NCBI GenBank assembly: GCA_002373695.1
Contig: DFLH01000050.1
Location: forward strand, 1 to 64,000
Reading direction: 5' to 3'
DNA from: Verrucomicrobia bacterium UBA3624
GTDB taxonomy: Bacteria; Verrucomicrobiota; Kiritimatiellia; RFP12; UBA1067
DNA: 64,000 nucleotides
Every line of letters starts with the position of its first letter. Positions within the stretch are counted from its first letter, which is position 1. Positions 1 through 9,395 of this stretch are shown piece after piece. The notes below the pieces were generated by a model. That model saw nothing but the letters and a program-made list of their open reading frames with translations. It was not told where the DNA came from and ran no database searches. The translations under genes and the position numbers were made by a program.

Positions 1-413
1 GGTTCGTTCGCCAACGGTAGGGCGGTCGCCCCGCGACCGCCGCTTCCCACAACGGACAGGACTTCCGTCGTCCCAGTGTGTTCCGCCAAATAGTCGTCCA
101 GCGTCTGCCCCTCGATGTAGTCCATCACGAGGAACGGATTGCCGTCGTTCTCCTCGAAGGCGCGAATCTGCACGATGTTCGGATGGACGAGCTTCATCGC
201 GACGAGCGCTTCGTCCTTCAACTGCCGATACGCCCGCTTGTTCGAGACGAGAATCGACGGAAGCATCTTCACGGCGAACGGCTTGTTGTCGAGCTGCCTG
301 TCCTCCGCCAGCCAAACAGACCCCATGCCGCCAGTCCCGAGCTGGCGGACGACATGATACCGCCCGGCGAGGAGCGGATTCTCGCCCCCCGCCAGCGTCA
401 CGTCGTTGTTCAT
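1..413 (-). CDS. Hanks-type Ser/Thr protein kinase, N-terminal part; the gene continues past the window start
   Basis: Minus-strand translation from ATG (rc of 411-413) reads MNNDVTLAGGENPLLAGRYHVVRQLGTGGMGSVWLAEDRQLDNKPFAVKML. This shows the glycine-rich loop GTGGMGSV and the AVK lysine. The +78..542 track ORF is its antisense shadow. Confidence 0.7.
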   Translation of the reverse strand, partial: MNNDVTLAGGENPLLAGRYHVVRQLGTGGMGSVWLAEDRQLDNKPFAVKMLPSILVSNKRAYRQLKDEALVAMKLVHPNIVQIRAFEENDGNPFLVMDYIEGQTLDDYLAEHTGTTEVLSVVGSGGRGATALPLANE

Positions 414-431
414 GGTCTGCCCGTGCATTCG

Positions 432-1013
432 CTACAGTTCCTTTTCCAGCGCGGCGGGATCGACCGCTCCGGCGATCTTTCCGGCGACTTCCTCCTGAAG
501 CGTCTTTTCGAGATCTTCCATCGATGGGATGCGATCCGTTAGCGCCTCCTTCGAGCCCGCTACCTCCTTGCCGTACATCTGCGCCCAGAACTTGTCAGTG
601 TCGCCTGCCTCCGCCAGAAGGTCGCCGGCTTCGTCGAACACGTCCTCTACCATCTCTACGTTGATGTTCGTCACTTTGTTGACCGCCGCGAGCGCCTTGG
701 CAAACTCGGAATCCGTTCCGGCGGTCTCCAGCTTCATCAGCACTTGCTTGAACACCCACTTCTTCTGTTCGAGCTTGGTGATGAGCACCTGCGCCGAGCG
801 GTAGCTCGTCAGGGCGCGCTGCGCCGCCGCCTGCTTGCCCTCTTTCGCCGCTTCGCGGGCACGTTCCCACTCCGCCTCGGCATCGTTCTCCATACGCTTG
901 ATGCGCTCGACGACTTCGTCGATCGCACCTTCGGCACGACGGAGCGCGTGGCGTTTCTCGCGGCGCTCGGCACGCTCTTTCTCTTTCTTGGTCTTGAAAA
1001 ACAGGAATCCCAT
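432..1013 (-). CDS. PspA/IM30 (phage-shock protein A / Vipp1) family coiled-coil protein
   Basis: 193 aa with an amphipathic N-terminus MGFLFFKTKKEKE followed by long charged coiled-coil heptads, as in PspA. It sits 18 nt downstream of the FHA gene and 18 nt upstream of the kinase start. Confidence 0.55.
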   Translation of the reverse strand: MGFLFFKTKKEKERAERREKRHALRRAEGAIDEVVERIKRMENDAEAEWERAREAAKEGKQAAAQRALTSYRSAQVLITKLEQKKWVFKQVLMKLETAGTDSEFAKALAAVNKVTNINVEMVEDVFDEAGDLLAEAGDTDKFWAQMYGKEVAGSKEALTDRIPSMEDLEKTLQEEVAGKIAGAVDPAALEKEL

Positions 1014-1025
1014 GTTTCACTCCTT

Positions 1026-2411
1026 TCAACTAACATTGACCTGACCGAAATCGGTGTTCAGCGTTTCCCCTGGCACGAGCCATCCGCAGCGGCGTCCCCG
1101 CCGCCAGGCAAAGCCGCCATCCTTGCGGAAGATGACGACGCCCTCGAACGAAGGATCTGCCTCCTCCATGTGAAAACAGCTCCACAATGCCACAAACCGT
1201 TCGGAAACGCCATCGCGGCGCGTCAGCATAAGAGCAGGACGCCGCCCGTCCCCGCACCATGTGCGGTCGGCGTGCGGACATGTGGCACAGTCCCGTATCG
1301 GACGGCATGCCTTCACATCCAGCGCCACAGAGCCAGAACTTGCGGTGCCTGACAACGACAGGACGCCCGTCTCGCCTGCGGAGAGTTCTACAGCCGATTC
1401 GATGCGCCTGTCGTTCCAGTATGTGCCATAGGACGACGGTCTGACCACATGCGAGTCGTCCATCTGCCCGTCGCACACAAAAACCTTGTCGCCGGAATGG
1501 CCGAAATGACACTGCGCCCTGCTGACCGTCCTGTACGCTTCGTCAGGAACACCATCCGGCGGACGAAGCGAAATCTCGTTCGTCTCGCGCTTGCGTCCTA
1601 GGCGAATCGTCCTGCCAGCGAAGAAACGCAGCCTAGCCGTCCCGATGTCGAGCGTCAGTGCATCGCGCACTGCCGCGCCGGGCGGGGCAGGAAGAACCGG
1701 CATCGTTCCACAGATGTCGATCGCCACGGAGACCCATGCACGACTGGCGCCAAGCACGATCCGGCGAAGCTCATCGAACGGATTCTCCGCCTGCGCCAGA
1801 TGCGCAAGTTCCTCTACCGCGCGTTGCGAAACATGGACGTCAGATGCATTCCCGTTGTTTATGTTGTTCGTTATGGTGACAGACAGCCGGTCGGCCGCCT
1901 TCTGCGCCTCGCGCGGACGCACCACGAGCATCTGCGCTTCGCCTTCAAGCCGGTGCTTGCGCCCGGCGGCCTCGTACGACAACGCGACGTACCATACAAA
2001 CGCGCCGGCCGGCTGCGCCGGAACGGGAACTGTTATTTCGCGAATCCCTTGCAGGCAGGCGATATTGCGGCTTTTCGCCGTTGCCCCGGTAAGCGGATTT
2101 TCCAATGCGATCGCGACATTCTCCGCCGTTGCGCCGGAATTTAGGCGGAAGCGCAGGATTCCCGGAAGATTCTCGAACAGCAGGCAGATCGAATCGATTT
2201 CGAGAACCGGCGGAACGCTCGTTCCCCCAGTGGGAGAGAGCGCGTCCTCGCGCGCCGCCGGCGCGTCTGCAAAGCCTGTCCCCCTGCCGCGGGAAGGGGC
2301 ATCACGCTTGGCGTTGTCGTCATCGTTCCCGTGCGGGATCAGAGCTCCGCACCGTTCGCAGAACCTTCCCGGAGCCGTGGTCCGTCCGCATGCTGGGCAG
2401 GCAATCTTCAC
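1026..2411 (-). CDS. Zinc-ribbon plus FHA-domain protein
   Basis: The N-terminus has CPACG...CERCG (C-x2-C...C-x2-C). The C-terminal half has an FHA signature IRLGRKRETNEISLRPPDGVPDEAYRTVSRAQCHF...SSYGTYWNDRRI. The GTG start (2411) overlaps the TGA of the upstream SPFH gene as GTGA. Confidence 0.65.
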   Translation of the reverse strand: MKIACPACGRTTAPGRFCERCGALIPHGNDDDNAKRDAPSRGRGTGFADAPAAREDALSPTGGTSVPPVLEIDSICLLFENLPGILRFRLNSGATAENVAIALENPLTGATAKSRNIACLQGIREITVPVPAQPAGAFVWYVALSYEAAGRKHRLEGEAQMLVVRPREAQKAADRLSVTITNNINNGNASDVHVSQRAVEELAHLAQAENPFDELRRIVLGASRAWVSVAIDICGTMPVLPAPPGAAVRDALTLDIGTARLRFFAGRTIRLGRKRETNEISLRPPDGVPDEAYRTVSRAQCHFGHSGDKVFVCDGQMDDSHVVRPSSYGTYWNDRRIESAVELSAGETGVLSLSGTASSGSVALDVKACRPIRDCATCPHADRTWCGDGRRPALMLTRRDGVSERFVALWSCFHMEEADPSFEGVVIFRKDGGFAWRRGRRCGWLVPGETLNTDFGQVNVS

Positions 2412-4015
2412 GGCTTGTAATTCGGTTGGTTCTTGTTCTCCACCGCGCGGTTGTCGTCCCCGCGATAGATGTTGCCGCCGACGCCGACGCGCAGAGGATC
2501 GACGACACGCGAGAAGTTCTTGTCGGCGCGCTCGGCGTTCTCCTTGTAGAGCGCGTCCATCTTCTGCAGAAACTCGTCATTGTGGTCTGCCTTGCCCATC
2601 GTGGCGAGTATCTGCTGCGGCGTCATGCCGGACTGGAGCTTCATCTGGTAGAGCTTAAGCATGTCCTCGCGCTGCTGCGGATCCTCTATGTCGGCCAGCA
2701 TCTGCTCGATTGTCATCGTGCTTCGCCGCGCGGCGTCCGCCGCCTTGTCACGCTGGCGAAGCTCCTGCTTCTGCGCCTTTACATCAAGCCATTCTTTGGC
2801 GTCCTTGACGTCCTGCCGCGTGTGGATGTCCTGTGCCGTCGTGTCGGCCCTGGCGTCCTCCACCTTCTTCTCGCGGCCGTAGGCATCCATCTTCCTGCCG
2901 GTCGAGATGTCATGGTCCACCTGACGGTCTTCCATGCCGTGCTGGTGGCCCTGCTCCCGGCCCTCCAGTCCGTGCCGATGGCCCTGGTCGTCCAGTTCGC
3001 GCTGGCGCTTCCAGGAAACAAGCAATTCATCGTAGTCGTGCTCCCGCGTCGCCTCGGAGACGCGGAATTCGTTGGCGATGACGGCGGCGTACTCCTTGAG
3101 GTCGTGCTCGCTCTTGATGGCGTTCATCGAGTCGGCGTTGCTCAGCGACCGCATCGCCGCTTTGTACTCCGTCTCGCGGCGGTTGGCGTCCACGACCCCC
3201 AGCTTCTCGGCGTACGCCTCGTACTCGTCTCCCGTGAACTCGGCGGACGACACGCGCACCACCTCCACGCCACAAGCGTTCAGATCGTCCTTGATGCGGG
3301 CGTTCATGCGCTCCTGCAGACGGATGCGGCGTTCCGGATCGCGCACTAGATCGTCGAGGGTCGACACCGTGCACATCTCGTCAACCGGCCCCCTGATCAC
3401 AGGCTCGAGCCGCTTGGCAATCTCCCCGAACGTACATTCGCGCTCGCCCTTGAGGATATTGGACACAAATGCGCGCGCAGCATCCCTGTCGCCTTTGAAC
3501 CGCAGGATGATCTCGCCGTAGAATTCAAGCGGAAAGTGCTCGGAGGTGCGAAGTCCCTCAATGTGCAGCGGCACGACAACCTCGCCGACATCGACAAGCA
3601 CCACGCTGCGCGGCGGAGGATTGCCGAACCAGTTTATGCGTCTGACGAGAGAATCTATGTCGTGTGCTCCTGCTTCCAGAACTGCATTGACCTCTCCGGC
3701 GTCCATAAGAATCGCCATTGTGCCTTCCTGCACCTGGAGATTCTTGACGAGTTCGCGCCTGATGTCGTCCGCCTCGAAACGCTGAGCATAGTAAACCGGC
3801 TGCTTCTGCCAAACGCCGCCGGCGATGTTGACGCGGTCCTCCGGATAGAGCGGCGTGTTGCAGTGCGAACAGTAGTGCGCATCGTTTGCAACCCACTTGC
3901 CGCATCCAGGGCACCTCCACCAGCCACCGGGCGCGGGCTTGCCGCATGCGTTGCAGAAGCGCGCCCGCTTGCTCACGCGATTCCCGCACTCGCACACATC
4001 AGAAAAAATTCCCAT
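2408..4015 (-). CDS. Double zinc-ribbon plus SPFH/Band-7 (flotillin-like) domain protein with a long charged C-terminal coiled coil
   Basis: N-terminus CECG...CNACG...CPGCG...CSHC. The central region VVLVDVGEVVVPLHIEGLRTSEHFPLEFYGEIILRFK...ARIKDDLNACGVEVVRVSS resembles an SPFH domain. The C-terminal 200 aa is rich in E, K, R, D and Q. ATG at 4015 is preceded by a purine-rich leader. Confidence 0.6.
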   Translation of the reverse strand: MGIFSDVCECGNRVSKRARFCNACGKPAPGGWWRCPGCGKWVANDAHYCSHCNTPLYPEDRVNIAGGVWQKQPVYYAQRFEADDIRRELVKNLQVQEGTMAILMDAGEVNAVLEAGAHDIDSLVRRINWFGNPPPRSVVLVDVGEVVVPLHIEGLRTSEHFPLEFYGEIILRFKGDRDAARAFVSNILKGERECTFGEIAKRLEPVIRGPVDEMCTVSTLDDLVRDPERRIRLQERMNARIKDDLNACGVEVVRVSSAEFTGDEYEAYAEKLGVVDANRRETEYKAAMRSLSNADSMNAIKSEHDLKEYAAVIANEFRVSEATREHDYDELLVSWKRQRELDDQGHRHGLEGREQGHQHGMEDRQVDHDISTGRKMDAYGREKKVEDARADTTAQDIHTRQDVKDAKEWLDVKAQKQELRQRDKAADAARRSTMTIEQMLADIEDPQQREDMLKLYQMKLQSGMTPQQILATMGKADHNDEFLQKMDALYKENAERADKNFSRVVDPLRVGVGGNIYRGDDNRAVENKNQPNYKP

Positions 4016-4602
4016 TCCGACTTTCCTTTCGTTTGTTTTGTTCTTGCTTTCTTCTTTCGATCCGTCCTACACCCCTGATAGGGCATCCGCTTCGTCCGAA
4101 GGACATGCCAAGCGGTCTGACACGAATCGAGGGCATGAAAAACCTCTCGTTCATGTCTTTGTTGAGACCCTAGTAATCGCCCTGTCAGAAACACGAAGAG
4201 AGTCAAACGCTCATGCGTTTCCTCTGCAAGGTGTCGTCTAACATGAAATTTACTAGGTTCCAACAAACGACTGCTTTGCAGCATTGCAAATTGTCTTTGG
4301 CGGATGTCTCACCGCCTTATCGTTTTACAGACGCGACAGAGCGCGTCCCTCCCTCATTGACTTGTTCCTTTCATTTGCAGTTTCACGATTTGAGATTGTT
4401 TTCAGGGCATGGGAACGTCAAGGAGGCTCATGACGAGATTCTTGTGCTCGCCAAAAACCTTCTTGAAAGTCACGCCCGCCTTTGGATCGAGATATCTTGC
4501 CATGTTATTTGCCCTTGCGCTCCGCTCAAGGGCATAACACCCCGAAGAAAAGCTGGCGTATTTTATCATATTTGAGGCCAAGACACAAGCAGGCGCGGAA
4601 AA

Positions 4603-4634
4603 TTGATGCCACCGCCAGGGAAATGTGATACAAT
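4603..4634 (+). promoter_or_regulatory. Sigma70-like promoter with extended -10 (TTGATG ... TGaTACAAT) ending 9 nt before the histidine-kinase ATG; the transcript would be near-leaderless
   Basis: TTGATG at 4603-4608; TG at 4626-4627; TACAAT at 4629-4634; ATG at 4644. Confidence 0.4.
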
Positions 4635-4643
4635 GCCGACCAT

Positions 4644-5927
4644 ATGAAACTGGTACGGTTCGGACAGCTGCCGAGCGTCCTGGCCTTCTGCAGCCTTGCC
4701 GCATGCGCGTGGGTGCTGATAACCGAGATAGGCTCGTTCCGCGACGCGGTCGGATCCTGGGCGCGCAGAGACCTGCTTGCGCGGACCCAGCTTGCCGCAG
4801 ACTCGCTAGCCGAGGCTGTGGCCACTGGCGACTTCCGGCGCATCCGCGATTTCGGCGACGGATGTCGCCGCGAAGGCGTGCGTCTAACCATCTTGAGTTC
4901 TCCCGGCGGCGTAGTCTACGATTCCGCCACGCAGGTCTTCGGCAAGCACGCAGGACGCCCGGAGGTGGAATCCGCCATCTCCACAGGCGTTGGCATGGCG
5001 CTCAGGAAGTCGGAGACGACAGACGAGGAAATGCTTTTTTGCGCCCGCCGCACAGGTGAATTCGTGATACGCCTCGGCCTGCCGGCCGCCAGGGTCTACG
5101 CCCCGTTCCAGCGCGCGCGCACGGGCCTCGTGCTGGCAGGTCTCGTCGGCGCGTTCTCCATATTCCTGGCTTTTCTCTTCACCAACAGGCTTATAGCGAG
5201 AATCCGTGAACGGGAACGCCTTCTCGCGGAAATGAAGCGCGAAGAACGCTTCCGCCGCGAATTCATCGCCAATCTCACGCACGAGTTCAAGACTCCTCTC
5301 ACTGGCATCCTAGGCGCGGTAGACCTGCTTGGCGACGGGACGAACGTCACGCCCGAAAACCGCCACACGCTGCTTGAACTCCTGCGCCACGAGACGATCC
5401 GCCTGAACTCCCTAGTGCAGGAGATGCTCGTACTTTCGCATCTCGAAGAAGATCAGCTGGCGAAGCATTTCACGTTCGCCCCTGCCGACCTGTCGGAGGT
5501 GCTTAAGGCCGTGGCGGCAAGGCTCCGGCAGAAGGCTGATGCGGCCCATGTCCGGCTGTCGGTAGATGCCGCGCTTCCGCTAGTGGTTCCGTGCGACGTG
5601 CAGCGCATGGAGACCGCCATAACCAACCTTGTGGAAAACGCCTTGCGGTACAGCGGTTCGCCGGATGTGGTCCTCTCTCTATCGTCCCGCGACGGCAAGG
5701 CGGTCGTCGCCGTCGAAGACCATGGAGTAGGCATACCGCAAGAACACCGTGAAAGGATATTCGAAAGGTTCTACCGCGTAGACAAGGACAGGAGCCGCGA
5801 ACTGGGCGGCACCGGACTTGGCCTCGCCATAGTCAAGCACGTCGCCCGTCTGCATAAAGGCACCGCCACGCTGCTTCCCGTCCGGGGCGGCGGATGCCGT
5901 TTCGAACTGGCCATACCTATGACTTAG
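4644..5927 (+). CDS. Sensor histidine kinase (HisKA plus HATPase_c) with an N-terminal membrane/periplasmic sensor region
   Basis: H-box FIANLTHEFKTPLTGILGAVDLL. N, G1 and G2 boxes are NLVENALRYS, VEDHGVGIP and GGTGLGLAIVKH. Two hydrophobic segments flank a ~120-aa periplasmic loop. Confidence 0.85.
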   Translation: MKLVRFGQLPSVLAFCSLAACAWVLITEIGSFRDAVGSWARRDLLARTQLAADSLAEAVATGDFRRIRDFGDGCRREGVRLTILSSPGGVVYDSATQVFGKHAGRPEVESAISTGVGMALRKSETTDEEMLFCARRTGEFVIRLGLPAARVYAPFQRARTGLVLAGLVGAFSIFLAFLFTNRLIARIRERERLLAEMKREERFRREFIANLTHEFKTPLTGILGAVDLLGDGTNVTPENRHTLLELLRHETIRLNSLVQEMLVLSHLEEDQLAKHFTFAPADLSEVLKAVAARLRQKADAAHVRLSVDAALPLVVPCDVQRMETAITNLVENALRYSGSPDVVLSLSSRDGKAVVAVEDHGVGIPQEHRERIFERFYRVDKDRSRELGGTGLGLAIVKHVARLHKGTATLLPVRGGGCRFELAIPMT

Positions 5928-5950
5928 GCATTTTTGGTATAATCGTTCGC

Positions 5951-6745
5951 ATGACCATCAAGAAAGCCATGTTCTGCCATGCCGTTCCGGCCCTCATTGC
6001 CGGCGTGGCCATCGGCTACGCGATCCATCCGGCCCCGTCGGATGAAAAGCCTGCGGCTGCTGCGGAAAGGCCGGCGCCACGCGTCAAGAACGCATCTGAC
6101 GAATCGTCGCTCAACCGTCTGCGCGCCCGCATCCGTGAACTTGAGCGCCAGCTGGCCGAGGCTTCTGCCAGGCAAACGGAGACCCGTGCGGCGGAACCGG
6201 CCGCGGAACCCGTATCCGGCGGGCCTGCCAACCCGTTCCTTCGCGGCGAGCGCCCGCGCATGCCAACCGCCGCGGAAATGCGAGCAAACATGGAAGAGCT
6301 TCGCAAAGCCGATCCGGGACGCTACACGCAGATGACAAACCGCTTTGCGCACTGGCAAGCCCACCGGCTGCAACGCGCCGCGAACCGCCTGGACATACTC
6401 GCATCCGTCAATACTTCCGGGATGTCCGACAGGGAACGTGAAGTCCACAACCAGCTTCAGGACCTCATCGCCCGCAAGGAGGAACTCCGCGAGATGCTCA
6501 ATCCCCAGAACGAGGACGCTACGGAAGACCAGCGCAAGGCTGCATTCGACGAGCTCCGCCGGCTCGAGCACGAGATGTACAAGCTGGAATCGAGCGAGCG
6601 TGACACTCTTCTCGCACAGACGGCGGCATCGCTCGGCCTTTCGGGAAGCGATGCGTCCGAAATGGTCGAGACCGTCAAAGCAATCTACCAGGCCACGCAA
6701 TCCACAGGCCACCGCGGCCTGCACGGCGGCCCAGGCCGCCATTGA
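5951..6745 (+). CDS. Membrane-anchored coiled-coil hypothetical protein between HK and RR; possible Spy/CpxP(LTxxQ)-like periplasmic accessory
   Basis: ATG at 5951, 24 nt after the HK stop. The protein starts MTIKKAMFCHAVPALIAGVAIGYAI (one TM or signal anchor) and is helical and charged thereafter, with an ATEDQRKAAFDEL motif reminiscent of LTxxQ. Its stop overlaps the RR reading frame. Confidence 0.5.
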   Translation: MTIKKAMFCHAVPALIAGVAIGYAIHPAPSDEKPAAAAERPAPRVKNASDESSLNRLRARIRELERQLAEASARQTETRAAEPAAEPVSGGPANPFLRGERPRMPTAAEMRANMEELRKADPGRYTQMTNRFAHWQAHRLQRAANRLDILASVNTSGMSDREREVHNQLQDLIARKEELREMLNPQNEDATEDQRKAAFDELRRLEHEMYKLESSERDTLLAQTAASLGLSGSDASEMVETVKAIYQATQSTGHRGLHGGPGRH

Positions 6746-6753
6746 CCACTGCC

Positions 6754-7440
6754 ATGAACAACGCAATAGAACAGATTCTCGTCATCGAAGACGATTCCAC
6801 GATCCGCTGCATACTTGAAATGGCCTTGCGCGCGGCAGGATACGAGCATGTCGCGACAGCCGCGCGCGGAGACGAAGGACTTGAAGCAGCCAGGAAAATG
6901 CGTCCTAACCTCGTCCTTCTAGACCTCATGCTTCCCGGGCTCGACGGCTTGACCATCTGCCGCCGCATCCGGGAAACCCCGGCCCTGGCCGATACGCGCA
7001 TCGTCATGCTCACTGCCAAGAGCGAAGAACATGACATAGTCCAGGGGCTCGAATTGGGTGCGGACGACTATGTGACGAAGCCGTTCTCCCGCGAAGTGCT
7101 CCTTGCCCGCATCCGCGCCGTGCTAAGACGGCAGGATCCGCTTGCCGCCGGACGCGCCATCGACGGGTTGTCCATGGTGGAAGCCGACTTCTCCGCGACT
7201 CTAAACGGCGAGACGCTTTCTCTTACGCGTACCGAATACCGGATACTGGCGCTCCTTGCCACACGTCCCGGCCGCGTCTATACGCGCCAGCAGATAATAG
7301 ACGCGACGCAAAGCGAAGAGAAAGCCGTAACCGAACGTACCGTGGACGTCCAGCTGGTCGGCTTGCGCCGCAAACTCGGAGAATGGGCGACGGCGCACAT
7401 AGAAACGATCCGCGGCGTAGGCTACCGGGTGAGACCCTGA
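6754..7440 (+). CDS. OmpR/PhoB-family response regulator (receiver plus winged-helix)
   Basis: MNNAIEQILVIEDD...LVLLDLMLPGLDG...DDYVTKPF...YRVRP. The track ORF begins at a TTG at 6742; ATG at 6754 fits the usual receiver N-terminus. Confidence 0.85.
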   Translation: MNNAIEQILVIEDDSTIRCILEMALRAAGYEHVATAARGDEGLEAARKMRPNLVLLDLMLPGLDGLTICRRIRETPALADTRIVMLTAKSEEHDIVQGLELGADDYVTKPFSREVLLARIRAVLRRQDPLAAGRAIDGLSMVEADFSATLNGETLSLTRTEYRILALLATRPGRVYTRQQIIDATQSEEKAVTERTVDVQLVGLRRKLGEWATAHIETIRGVGYRVRP

Positions 7441-8213
7441 ACGCGACGGGCGAAATCCGACAGCGCGGACGACGGTTCCGGGTTTTCATCCAATATGCGC
7501 ATCAGCGCACTGCCTATTATGTATCCGTCGGCCACACGGGAAATCATCTCCGCATGTTCATGCGTGGAAACTCCGAATCCGGCGCATACCGGCATTCCAA
7601 CGGCGTCCTTGATCTCCGCCAGGCGCGCCGCGAGATCCGCAGGCAGCTCGTTGCGTACGCCGGTGGTCCCCTTCACCGTCACGACGTATAGAAAGGAATC
7701 CTCCACCCCGCTGGCTATCCGCCGTACGCGGTCGATGTCCGTCGTCGGCGCGATAAGAGGCACGAGCGTAAGACCGTGCGGGCGCAAGACGTCCAGAAGT
7801 TCGTCGCGGTCCTCGAACGGGACGTCAACCGCCAGCACCGCGTCTGCGCCAGCCGCGGCGGCATCGGCGGCGAACTTCTCAAGCCCGTACCGGTATATGA
7901 TGTTGTAGTAGGAGAACACCACCAGCGGAGCGTCAGGATGGCCGGCTCGCAACTGCCTGACGGCTTCCAGTATCTGGGCAAGGTTCACCCCGTTTTCAAG
8001 AGCCTTGCGGGCTGCGGCGCGAATCACGGGGCCATCGGCCATAGGGTCGGAGAACGGCACGCCCAGCTCGAGCATGTCGGCGCCGTTCGCAAGAAGAACG
8101 TCTCCGGCGGCGACGCTGGCTTCCAGCGTTGGCGCACCCATCGTCAGGTAGGCCACGAACGCGCCGCGCCCCTCGGCACGGGTCTTGGAAAAAAGCTTTT
8201 GGATGCGGTTCAT
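7422..8213 (-). CDS. trpA: Tryptophan synthase alpha chain
   Basis: [33 protein letters not shown]...[17 protein letters not shown] is the TrpA signature. The ATG overlaps the trpB stop as ATGA. The first 56 aa of the track ORF are a spurious extension. The 3-prime end converges on the RR gene. Confidence 0.85.
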   Translation of the reverse strand: MNRIQKLFSKTRAEGRGAFVAYLTMGAPTLEASVAAGDVLLANGADMLELGVPFSDPMADGPVIRAAARKALENGVNLAQILEAVRQLRAGHPDAPLVVFSYYNIIYRYGLEKFAADAAAAGADAVLAVDVPFEDRDELLDVLRPHGLTLVPLIAPTTDIDRVRRIASGVEDSFLYVVTVKGTTGVRNELPADLAARLAEIKDAVGMPVCAGFGVSTHEHAEMISRVADGYIIGSALMRILDENPEPSSALSDFARRVQGLTR

Positions 8214-9394
8214 TTGGCATGTTCCTTCTTGTACTTGAAGATGCTGTGCAGATCCTTGTCTCCACGTCCGGAAAGATTTACGAGCAGAATCGCATCCTTG
8301 GGGAGCGCTGGCGCCCGCTTTATGGCTTCCGCGACGGCATGGCTGGATTCGAGCGCGGGTATTATGCCTTCGAAACGGCAAAGCGCATCGAATGCCGCCA
8401 CGGCCTCGTCGTCGTTGATGGTCGAATATTCGGCGCGGCCCGTATCTGCAAGGTAGGCGTGCTCCGGCCCGACGCCGGGGTAGTCCAGGCCGGCGGATAT
8501 GGAGTAGGTGTCGATTATCTGTCCTTCGGGTGTCTGCAGCAGATACGTCTTGGATCCGTGCAGGACGCCTACCGTGCCTCCGTTGATGGATGCCGCATGC
8601 TCTCCGGTGGCGAGTCCCTTGCCGCCTGCCTCCACGCCTACGAGCTTCACCGAGGGATCGTCGAGGAATCCCGCAAACAGGCCCATCGCGTTCGATCCGC
8701 CGCCGACGCAGGCGATAGCCTGGTCTGGCAGTTTCCCGTATCTTTCAAGGCACTGCCTGCGAGCCTCCTTGCCTATGACGCTCTGGAAATCCTTTACCAT
8801 CAGCGGATACGGATGCGGCCCGGCCACGGTGCCTATCACGTAGAACGTCTCCTCGGGATTTGTCGTCCAGTCGCGAATCGCCTCGTTCATCGCGTCCTTG
8901 AGCGTGGCGCTTCCCTCTTCCACCGCATGGACGGTGGCACCGAGCATCTTCATGCGTTCGACGTTGGGCTCCTGGCGGGCGACATCGATCGCGCCCATGT
9001 ACACCTCGCACGGCATTCCGAAAAGCGCCGCCGCCGTAGCCGTGGCCACGCCGTGCATTCCAGCTCCCGTCTCGGCGATCAGGCGTTTCTTTCCCATCCG
9101 CCTCGCCAGCAGGACCTGTCCCAGCACGTTGTTCACCTTGTGCGCACCCGTATGGTTCAGATCCTCGCGCTTCAGAAGTATGCGGGCGCCGCCAAGGTGC
9201 TCCGAAAGACGTCTTGCGAACGTGAGCGGGCTCTCCCGCCCCACATAGTCCTTCAGCAAGGCCGCGAATTCAGCCTGGAACCCGGCATCCCGCCTCGCTT
9301 CGGCATAGGCGCGCTCCAGCTCCAGCAACGGCGTCATCAGCGTCTCGGCCACGTACTGGCCGCCGTATATTCCGTAGTGCGATTCCTTTTTCAT
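8210..9394 (-). CDS. trpB: Tryptophan synthase beta chain
   Basis: 394 aa with the PLP site [11 protein letters not shown] and GGGSNAMG, a full-length TrpB match. Confidence 0.9.
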   Translation of the reverse strand: MKKESHYGIYGGQYVAETLMTPLLELERAYAEARRDAGFQAEFAALLKDYVGRESPLTFARRLSEHLGGARILLKREDLNHTGAHKVNNVLGQVLLARRMGKKRLIAETGAGMHGVATATAAALFGMPCEVYMGAIDVARQEPNVERMKMLGATVHAVEEGSATLKDAMNEAIRDWTTNPEETFYVIGTVAGPHPYPLMVKDFQSVIGKEARRQCLERYGKLPDQAIACVGGGSNAMGLFAGFLDDPSVKLVGVEAGGKGLATGEHAASINGGTVGVLHGSKTYLLQTPEGQIIDTYSISAGLDYPGVGPEHAYLADTGRAEYSTINDDEAVAAFDALCRFEGIIPALESSHAVAEAIKRAPALPKDAILLVNLSGRGDKDLHSIFKYKKEHAK

Positions 9395-9395
9395 G

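Noticed and set aside
4073-4085. Near-palindrome CCCTGATAGGG upstream of the SPFH gene.
   Set aside because: Imperfect (only a 4-bp stem) and not followed by a T-tract, so not called as a terminator or operator.
5924-6766. Many long antisense/alternative-frame ORFs in the track (e.g. 5924..6766-, 8129..9409+, 12451..13434+, 14631..15485+, 42161..44239+, 46122..48227+, 53906..54910+, 59610..60716+).
   Set aside because: They lie opposite or out of frame to genes with clear homologs and are Arg/Pro/Ala-rich shadow ORFs typical of high-GC DNA. No independent motifs.
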